Positions 1-6,092 of a stretch of 19,090 nt of DNA are shown one piece after another. Numbering within the stretch: position 1 is the first letter of the stretch; each line of letters starts with the position of its first letter. Below the pieces are notes generated by a model. It was not told the origin of the DNA. It worked only from the letters and a program-made list of their open reading frames with translations, and ran no database searches. The translations under genes were made by a program, and so were the position numbers. The stretch lies in NCBI GenBank assembly GCA_964344235.1, contig CAYFMJ010000016.1, forward strand, positions 1 through 19,090. Reading direction: 5' to 3'. The stretch comes from an uncultured Methanosarcinales archaeon (GTDB lineage Archaea > Nanobdellota > Nanobdellia > Woesearchaeales > GW2011-AR9).

Positions 1-1350
1 AAATAGGTGGTGTGTTTCGTACACCCAGACCGTACGGACTCCTCCAAGCCCGTTTTCTCTGTGGGAGCGTGCTTTATTTTTCAAGGACGACTTTTCCGTT
101 GAATGCACCAATGTAATGCCAACCCCTAGTGATACATTCTTCTGCTTCATCTGCATTGACGACCCGTTGCTCGCTTCTGTTTTCCCGTTGTCAAGTTCAC
201 TTAACAACTCTTGGACTTTTGCGAGTTGTTCGGGTGTCATGTTTTCAACTTGTGCTTTTACATCTTCTTTCTTGGTTTCTATTGGGTCTTCTTCGCTTTT
301 CTCAATGTCAAGTTCTTCCTCGCATCTCTTGAAGGCTTCTTTCATTTCGCTAAGCAAATCTTGAGGAAGCATTCCTTTGTTGGTTGTGTACGTTGATTCA
401 ATCGAACCTTTGTGTCCCATAAAGAACACTCGGAAATCATGTGCTATCTTTCCTCTTGATTCAGCGATTAGAAGTCTTGTATCAAAGAAGCACCTTAGAA
501 CGTAAGGCCTCCAATTGAATCTTGGACGTATAGTTCTCCTAACCTCTCTCCTTATGATTGGTGTTGTGAGGAAAGTTTTGTTCTCGTTGTCTCCTCTTCC
601 GTACTTGTATCTGTGGTCAGGTGCAATCACAGCATCATCAGGGCCAAGTGATTCTCCTGCAAGTATTCTCTGATTGAGATATGCTAGAAGCGTCTTGCCT
701 CCTTCATTTGTTATGAAGGTGAAATATCCAAATCCGTTTTTGGACAGTTCAGTTCTTACCATTATTCTTGATGGCTTTCTGATGAAAGTAGCGATTCCCT
801 TGACAATGGAAAGGTCTGGAAGGTCTTTTATTCTCAGTCCGTCGGTTGCATCGCAGTTGCCTAGAACTTCTGGACGAAGACCTGCCTTTCCAATCAATGA
901 GATTATTGCTCTCGTCCTCGTGTCTGCAAGATTGTATAGTTCTGCAAGTTCGTCTGCCTCTGGAACTCTTTCGTCTTTTAGAGAAGGAGTTGTTGAGGAA
1001 TTTTTTACATTCAGTTTCCTAGTTATAGTTACGTCGAAGTGAGACAGCCAAGACTTTACTGTTATCTTTATTCCGTTTATGTAAGTTGGAAGTTTTCCGT
1101 CGTTTTCCATGTTCGTGATGTGATCCTGTAACAAGTCAGTAACAGTCCTTACATCTTTCATGCCTAATTCTGCTACCTGTATTGGAGTCATTTCATGTGC
1201 ATCACAGAAAGTAGATAATCTTCGTAAGTATGCGTTGGCAGTATTCTTACTTCCTCTAGCAATATTATCATACCATCTTTTTACGTCTGGGTTGGCTAAC
1301 AGACGTGCTTTTTTTGTCATCCTTGTTTGTTGTGTCTTTAACATTTGCAT
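1..1350 (-). CDS. int: Tyrosine recombinase/integrase 1 (archaeal RPYVLR-type). Absent from the ORF track because the frame runs off the left edge; probably frameshifted near its C-terminus
   Basis: Manual translation from ATG 1350 (GAGGT upstream): MQMLKTQQTRMTKKARLLANPDVKRWYDNIARGS...GKAGLRPEVLG...ELSKNG...NWRPYVLRCFFDT...FFMGHKGSIESTYTTNKG. Catalytic R, K, YxxR (in place of HxxR), H and Y are present. No stop codon between 1350 and base 1. Confidence 0.88.
   Translation of the reverse strand, partial: MQMLKTQQTRMTKKARLLANPDVKRWYDNIARGSKNTANAYLRRLSTFCDAHEMTPIQVAELGMKDVRTVTDLLQDHITNMENDGKLPTYINGIKITVKSWLSHFDVTITRKLNVKNSSTTPSLKDERVPEADELAELYNLADTRTRAIISLIGKAGLRPEVLGNCDATDGLRIKDLPDLSIVKGIATFIRKPSRIMVRTELSKNGFGYFTFITNEGGKTLLAYLNQRILAGESLGPDDAVIAPDHRYKYGRGDNENKTFLTTPIIRREVRRTIRPRFNWRPYVLRCFFDTRLLIAESRGKIAHDFRVFFMGHKGSIESTYTTNKGMLPQDLLSEMKEAFKRCEEELDIEKSEEDPIETKKEDVKAQVENMTPEQLAKVQELLSELDNGKTEASNGSSMQMKQKNVSLGVGITLVHSTEKSSLKNKARSHRENGLGGVRTVWVYETHHLF
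34..54 (+). repeat. Left attachment site core, ACGGACTCCTCCAAGCCCGTT
   Basis: Identical to 19037-19057. Internally an imperfect inverted repeat, ACGGACT-CCTCCA-AGCCCGT (6/7 arms, 6-bp asymmetric spacer). CCCAG also recurs 5 bp upstream of both copies. Confidence 0.9.
59..74. repeat. Element-side arm next to the left att core, inverted partner of 19016-19031
   Basis: The reverse complement of 59-74 (AAGCACGCTCCCACAG) matches 19016-19031 (AAGCACGTTCCCCCAG) at 14/16 positions. Each arm lies 5 bp from the 20-bp palindromic core. Confidence 0.7.
74..190 (-). other. Out-of-frame (-1) segment encoding the probable native integrase C-terminus, QRENRSEQRVVNADEAEECITRGWHYIGAFNGKVVLEK*
   Basis: Open between TGA (191-193) and TAA (74-76). 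It resembles the QxVV..E.E..I..GW.(Y/F)I....GKVVL tail I recall from this archaeal integrase family, and it stops at the att arm. Confidence 0.6.
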
Positions 1351-1380
1351 TTACATTACCTCTTTGTCCCCATTTCCTTA

Positions 1381-1415
1381 GTCTCTCGGAGTTTCGGGGT
1401 ATTTTTCCGAAAGAC
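1381..1415. promoter_or_regulatory. Inverted repeat upstream of integrase 1
   Basis: GTCTCTCGGA (1381-1390) pairs with TCCGAAAGAC (1406-1415) at 9/10 positions. Function unknown. Confidence 0.35.
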
Positions 1416-1461
1416 CGCATCTTGAGGTTTCCCTCTATCTATTATTTGTCTTAACTTATAT

Positions 1462-1479
1462 TTATCCATGCATGGATAA
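1462..1479. promoter_or_regulatory. Perfect 18-bp palindrome TTATCCATGCATGGATAA, a putative operator in the divergent int / micro-ORF promoter region
   Basis: Seen directly in AT-rich TATA-like intergenic DNA. A related partial site, TGCATGGACAA, follows at 1494-1504. Confidence 0.6.
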
Positions 1480-1551
1480 CTATTATTTATACTTGCATGG
1501 ACAAGTATCAAACACGGAGATAGCAAAGACTTTCTCCAAAAGGTGATAGAG

Positions 1552-1659
1552 ATGGATAAGAACGAACCGTTGATGGTGGAAATTGGAGTTACAATGGTAA
1601 CAATGACTCCAAAAGAGTTTGAAGTATATCAGAAAACAGGAGTCTTTAAGGTGATTTAA
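1552..1659 (+). CDS. 35-aa micro-protein MDKNEPLMVEIGVTMVTMTPKEFEVYQKTGVFKVI (not in ORF track)
   Basis: AGGTGA RBS just upstream. Its stop lies 1 nt before the next ATG. Confidence 0.5.
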   Translation: MDKNEPLMVEIGVTMVTMTPKEFEVYQKTGVFKVI

Positions 1660-1660
1660 G

Positions 1661-1780
1661 ATGGCAAATTGTACCTTTTGTGGCTTTCCAGCAAAACGTC
1701 GAACCAAATTGGTGTTTACTGATGGAAAAGAAGAGATGGCATGTAAGGATTGTTTCAGGGAATTGTTTAAGGAGGTGTGA
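1661..1780 (+). CDS. 39-aa Cys4 zinc-finger micro-protein MANCTFCGFPAKRRTKLVFTDGKEEMACKDCFRELFKEV (not in ORF track)
   Basis: CxxC...CxxC pattern, AGGTGA RBS upstream, tight packing with its neighbours. Confidence 0.7.
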   Translation: MANCTFCGFPAKRRTKLVFTDGKEEMACKDCFRELFKEV

Positions 1781-1783
1781 GTA

Positions 1784-1876
1784 TTGGATGACTTCAACTT
1801 AACTGCAAAAGACCTTGAAACTCTAATGTGGATGGAAACAGGACTGCCAAGTCTTAGAATAAAACCGAAATTTTGA
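1784..1876 (+). CDS. 30-aa micro-protein MDDFNLTAKDLETLMWMETGLPSLRIKPKF (TTG start; not in ORF track)
   Basis: A strong GGAGGTG RBS overlaps the previous stop, at plausible spacing from the TTG. Confidence 0.45.
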   Translation: MDDFNLTAKDLETLMWMETGLPSLRIKPKF

Positions 1877-1917
1877 GAAAGGCAGATACTTATCCTTTTG
1901 ATAAAAACTGTTGTATT

Positions 1918-2139
1918 ATGGCAAGAGATTGGACGGAAGAAAAGAGAAGACAAACTAAAGAAATTCTTAAGGTTTTAAGAGAAACGTATCCCGATTCTTT
2001 GAACATTAGTCAAATAGCAAAAAAGGCAAAAATGCATCGTCATACTGTACCTCAATACCTAGACGATCTAGTTAAGGAAAAGAAAATTATTGCTAGGACT
2101 GTTAGTCGCTGGAAGGTTTACAGAATTAAGAGGAAATAA
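1918..2139 (+). CDS. Winged helix-turn-helix DNA-binding protein (73 aa from ATG 1918)
   Basis: EILKVL...SLNISQIAKKAKMHRHTVPQYLDDLVKEKKI...VSRWKVY is a typical archaeal wHTH. ATG 1918 is preferred over the track's TTG 1873. Confidence 0.8.
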   Translation: MARDWTEEKRRQTKEILKVLRETYPDSLNISQIAKKAKMHRHTVPQYLDDLVKEKKIIARTVSRWKVYRIKRK

Positions 2140-2226
2140 TTGTTTTTTGATCGCAAATATGAATAATTGAATAAATAGGAAAGACACCAATAAGAGTAGT
2201 TTTCAAGAAAATAGAGATGTGATAAT

Positions 2227-4521
2227 ATGGTTTTGATTAATAATCAACTGGTACTGAATTTTCTGCCAATCGAAATTTCTGGAAAATCTTTCAAATCGTA
2301 TGTAAGTAAATTCACTTCTAAGGATGAATTGATAAAATTACGAGAAGAAAACCCACATTGTATTTTTCATAGGATAGGAGATGTTATTCATTGCATTCCA
2401 ATTTCCGAAGGAATAACAATAGGCAATGAACAGATCTTAGAAGTTAATGATAATTTAGGAATAGTTCGCAGACTTGTTTCAGAGAAAATACAAAAAGCAA
2501 TTATTGGAACAAATAGAGTTATCACAAAATTTCCTAATTCTTTTATAGATACCAACAAGAATCTTCTTGAAGACCTTTCTGATTATTCTGATAAACTTCA
2601 AGGAATGCGCCTTTACCCAGAAATATCAATTGATGTAAAAATAATCACTAATCAAAATGGAAATCCAAAGTTAGGAATTGTAATAGATGCACATGCTCTT
2701 TACGATATTTCTGAAAATGTAGCAACTCTTATTCAGAAAGGACTTAATGTAGAAGGTTTGTATGTAGTTAAGAAATCATTTTCCCGAATAGGAGATAAAA
2801 ATATTCGACGTAGTAGACTAATAGGAAAAATAAAATCAATAACAGGTGAAATGGCAAAATTAACAGATTATAGAGAATCTGATTCTGTTAATACTTCAGA
2901 ATGTCATTTAGAAGCGAGTAGAACAAATCGTAATTTATTATTAGAAAGAATATTTCAAAATGATTCTGGAAAAGTTAAGAAAGCAATTGACAATGTTGTA
3001 CTTCAAATTATAGGTGGAGAAGGTAAGTATGGGTTAATCAAATCCATCACAAAAGAGATTGAATCGATGAGTGACACAAAATTAACGGAAAATGTATCCT
3101 TTACAGTAGAAAAAGAGTTTCTTCCTGCTTCTAACGGTGAAATAAACACGAGACAAATTTCCAAACCCACATTCGTTTACAGTCCAGCAAAGGATAAGGT
3201 GGATACATGGCACAATAGAGGTCTCATCAATAATGGTCCTTTTGATTTGGAAGTTTTTTCTCATAAAGAACCCAAAATAGTTGTTGTAGTTCCAGATTCT
3301 TACAAAGGTGAAGTTGAAAAATTCCTAAATGTATTCCAAAATGGGTATAATGGAAATAGGTATTTCCAGCAAGGATTTGTTAGAAAATATCATTTGAATA
3401 GAATTCAAAAAATGGACTTTATCAACGTAAATTTTTCATCAGCGAATATTCCATCGGCATATCGAGAAGCATGTTTGGAAGCACTTGAGAAGGATACCTA
3501 TGATCTTGCCATTGTAATAATTGAAGAAAAATTCCATGAGTATCATGGTGATAGTGATCCTTATCTGGTGTCGAAGTCTATCTTTATGTCTCAGGGTATT
3601 CCTGTTCAAGAAATTGAAATTGAAAGTATCCGCCAAGGTGAAAGATCTTGGCCATATACGCTAGATAATTTTGCGCTTGCATGTTATGTAAAAATGAATG
3701 GTACTCCTTGGACACTTTCAACCTATGAGCCAATCTACCATGAGTTGGTTATAGGTATGGGAAACGCTGTAGTAAAAAAAGAAAGATTAGGAGAATCGGA
3801 TAGATTTGTTGGGATTACTAATGTTTTCAGTGCAGATGGAAGTTATCTTCTCAATAATATTTCCAGTGATATTAGAATGGAAAATTACAAAGAAGAACTA
3901 CTCAAGAGTCTTCAATCCTTATTCGATTATGTTTCTAAGCGTAATGCTTGGCAAAAAGGAGATAACGTTAGGCTTATCTTTCATCAACAATTCAAAGATT
4001 TCAAAGATGAAGATATTGAAGCAATAAAAGAATTTGTTCAACAATACCAAGACTACAACATTGAATTTGCCTTTGTTCGTCTAAGTGAGAGACACCCATT
4101 TCAGATTTATGATACAAGTCAGAATGGCGTTGCCCATAAGTTCGATAAAGATTTTTCAAACCGTGGTTTAATCAAAGGAAAGTTTGTGCCAGAACGAGGT
4201 TTTGGTACACAACTTGGCCCAAAAAGTATGTTACTTACAATAACAGGCCCAAGTCAACTTATTACTCCCTTTCAAGGAATTCCAAAGCCACTTCAAATTT
4301 TTATTCATAAAGATTCAACATTTGTCGATATTAATTACATAACAAGACAGATTTTTCAGTTCACGTTTCTAAATTGGAGAAGTTTCAATCCTACGTCCAT
4401 TCCTGTTACAATTTTATATTCAAACCTAATTGCAGGTTTTTTAGGTAAACTTCGTGGTGTAACAAACTGGAATCCTGATGCTATCAGAACTAAATTGAAG
4501 TACAGTCGGTGGTTCTTGTGA
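2227..4521 (+). CDS. ago: Long-B prokaryotic Argonaute (RsAgo-like), PIWI catalytically inactive
   Basis: 764 aa with RsAgo-like motifs: GPFD, the MID pocket PYLVSK..QGIPVQ..YVKMNGTPW, ELVIGMG..RFVGITNVFSADGSYLL, VRLIFH, NWRS..PVTILYS, and a KLKYSRWFL C-terminus. G, H and N occupy the catalytic D/D/X positions. Confidence 0.93.
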   Translation: MVLINNQLVLNFLPIEISGKSFKSYVSKFTSKDELIKLREENPHCIFHRIGDVIHCIPISEGITIGNEQILEVNDNLGIVRRLVSEKIQKAIIGTNRVITKFPNSFIDTNKNLLEDLSDYSDKLQGMRLYPEISIDVKIITNQNGNPKLGIVIDAHALYDISENVATLIQKGLNVEGLYVVKKSFSRIGDKNIRRSRLIGKIKSITGEMAKLTDYRESDSVNTSECHLEASRTNRNLLLERIFQNDSGKVKKAIDNVVLQIIGGEGKYGLIKSITKEIESMSDTKLTENVSFTVEKEFLPASNGEINTRQISKPTFVYSPAKDKVDTWHNRGLINNGPFDLEVFSHKEPKIVVVVPDSYKGEVEKFLNVFQNGYNGNRYFQQGFVRKYHLNRIQKMDFINVNFSSANIPSAYREACLEALEKDTYDLAIVIIEEKFHEYHGDSDPYLVSKSIFMSQGIPVQEIEIESIRQGERSWPYTLDNFALACYVKMNGTPWTLSTYEPIYHELVIGMGNAVVKKERLGESDRFVGITNVFSADGSYLLNNISSDIRMENYKEELLKSLQSLFDYVSKRNAWQKGDNVRLIFHQQFKDFKDEDIEAIKEFVQQYQDYNIEFAFVRLSERHPFQIYDTSQNGVAHKFDKDFSNRGLIKGKFVPERGFGTQLGPKSMLLTITGPSQLITPFQGIPKPLQIFIHKDSTFVDINYITRQIFQFTFLNWRSFNPTSIPVTILYSNLIAGFLGKLRGVTNWNPDAIRTKLKYSRWFL

Positions 4522-5732
4522 GTGATAAAATTGGAAATACAATTCAAAATCAATTGACTGAAATTATTTCCTTTTTAGAAAAAAACAATTTAGAAGGAAA
4601 CAATGAAGGTCTCTTTTCAAAGTATGTGTTGTCCAAAAAAGACCAGACCAAACTTGATTGGAAAGTAAACTGTACTTCTAAGTGGATAGAAGAAAATTCA
4701 CAAACTATATCCCAAGGAAACTATACAAACCTAGCATCATTAGGCTTCTCTTTACATCTAGATTCCCAAGAAAATCAAAACCAAATTTTCAAAGAAGGTT
4801 TTAGACAATTAATGCAAAGAGATCCATTTCTAGGAGATCGTATTTCGTTTCCCTTTTTCCCAAGATTATTTTTAGGCATAGTTCTTGGAGTTCAAACAAT
4901 AGAGGAAACAAGAGATGCAAATCTGTCTTGGCTTAAAGGGATTTACAACAAGCGTAGTGAAATGGGCGACTTTGATTCGACACAAAAATTACAATACTCT
5001 GTTGTAGAAAATATGCTTAATGAAAAACAGACCTACATTGACCATTCGACTATTGAATCGTTAACCAAACTTGAGGAATTTTGTATTGTATACTGGGGCT
5101 ACAAGAATGGAATATTCTTATTTCATAGCCCAGAAAAAACATATTCTTTAGTTGAAAATGAAATTATTTCTAGATTTACTTTACAAAATATAGAATCTTT
5201 TGATGAATCACTGTTAGCATTTGTCTACTATTCTGTAAGCAACATCGTCATTGATACTACGGTATCATCCCTAATGTCAGTAAGTCATATTTCAAAAATA
5301 TTACAAAATTTTGAGAGTGCTATGAAACGATGGATATTCAACGAAAACAAGAAATGGAGAATTGATAATGAAAAAGATGTTCAGAGCATACTATACCTAA
5401 TTCTTAGATCGGTTTTTGAAGATGCTCAATATGAAGAACCCACAGACAAATTTGGTCATGGATGGTCTGTAGTAGATTTGAAAATTCCATCCCTAAAGTT
5501 GTTAATAGAGGTAAAGTTTGCAAGACAGTCAAGTGATTTCAGCAAAATTGAAGATGAAATCAAGATAGATAGTGTAGATTATGTAAAATCCACAGACTAC
5601 AAAAAAATAGTTGTTTTCATTTATGATAACAGTTCAAGTGTGCAAGATCATGAAACTACTAAAAATGCAATGAAAAAAATAGATTCAATCGAAGATGTTG
5701 TTATTGTCTCAAAGCCTTCTCATATAACATAG
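4518..5732 (+). CDS. Argonaute-associated nuclease with a C-terminal PD-(D/E)xK (DpnII/MboI-like REase) domain; BPAN-type effector
   Basis: NEKDVQSILYLILRSVF..YEEPT..VDLKIPSLKLLIEVKF..KIVVFIYD is a PD-(D/E)xK core. GTG 4518 overlaps the pAgo stop (GTGA); the track starts at GTG 4509 in the same frame. Confidence 0.85.
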   Translation: MSDKIGNTIQNQLTEIISFLEKNNLEGNNEGLFSKYVLSKKDQTKLDWKVNCTSKWIEENSQTISQGNYTNLASLGFSLHLDSQENQNQIFKEGFRQLMQRDPFLGDRISFPFFPRLFLGIVLGVQTIEETRDANLSWLKGIYNKRSEMGDFDSTQKLQYSVVENMLNEKQTYIDHSTIESLTKLEEFCIVYWGYKNGIFLFHSPEKTYSLVENEIISRFTLQNIESFDESLLAFVYYSVSNIVIDTTVSSLMSVSHISKILQNFESAMKRWIFNENKKWRIDNEKDVQSILYLILRSVFEDAQYEEPTDKFGHGWSVVDLKIPSLKLLIEVKFARQSSDFSKIEDEIKIDSVDYVKSTDYKKIVVFIYDNSSSVQDHETTKNAMKKIDSIEDVVIVSKPSHIT

Positions 5733-6044
5733 TCAAATCTTTGTTGGAAGTCCAGCATCCTTTAGTCGTTTAAGAATTTCTTTACGAGAAGGTGCATTGG
5801 ATATAGAACCATCTTTCAATTTTTTCTGAATTTTTTCTTGTTTTGCACCGCATTTTGCACAGTCATTTTGTACATCTTCTCTTTCTTTTGATTCATGTGT
5901 AGATCTTGCCTTTTTACCTGCTACACTGCTAGACAAGTTTTGATTCTTTATTGGAAAAATATGTTTGATTACAATAATTCCTTTACCACAGAAGGGGCAT
6001 TCAATTTTTTCTAAACGGTCTCTTTCAAATGTACCATAAGACAT
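5733..6044 (-). CDS. Small basic Zn-ribbon protein (CPFC...CAKC)
   Basis: Two CxxC pairs. ATG 6044 is the likely start (track: TTG 6089). Its stop abuts the nuclease stop with zero gap. Confidence 0.65.
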   Translation of the reverse strand: MSYGTFERDRLEKIECPFCGKGIIVIKHIFPIKNQNLSSSVAGKKARSTHESKEREDVQNDCAKCGAKQEKIQKKLKDGSISNAPSRKEILKRLKDAGLPTKI

Positions 6045-6092
6045 GGATAGATTATGGTAAGATAAGATTAAGTCCTTAATTGTTGTCAATAA

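Noticed and set aside
1-60. Terminal direct repeat as part of a tRNA or rRNA
   Set aside because: No cloverleaf or T-loop motif. The CCTCC resemblance to the 16S anti-SD lacks the GGATCA context.
178-190. Canonical -1 slippery heptamer GGGAAAA in integrase 1
   Set aside because: It is phased GGG-AAA-A in the coding frame rather than G-GGA-AAA, so standard tandem -1 slippage is not supported.
116-1381. Plus-strand ORFs 116-364, 129-332, 211-396, 674-1042 and 1160-1381
   Set aside because: Ser/Phe-rich antisense shadows of the minus-strand integrase 1, which has full catalytic motifs.
1483-1953. 156-aa minus-strand ORF
   Set aside because: No recognisable motif. It lies antisense to three RBS-bearing micro-ORFs and the wHTH start.
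2227-4521. pAgo as an active slicer or a short pAgo/APAZ system
   Set aside because: It is full length, the catalytic aspartates are replaced (GMG, FH), and no APAZ, TIR or Sir2 partner is present.
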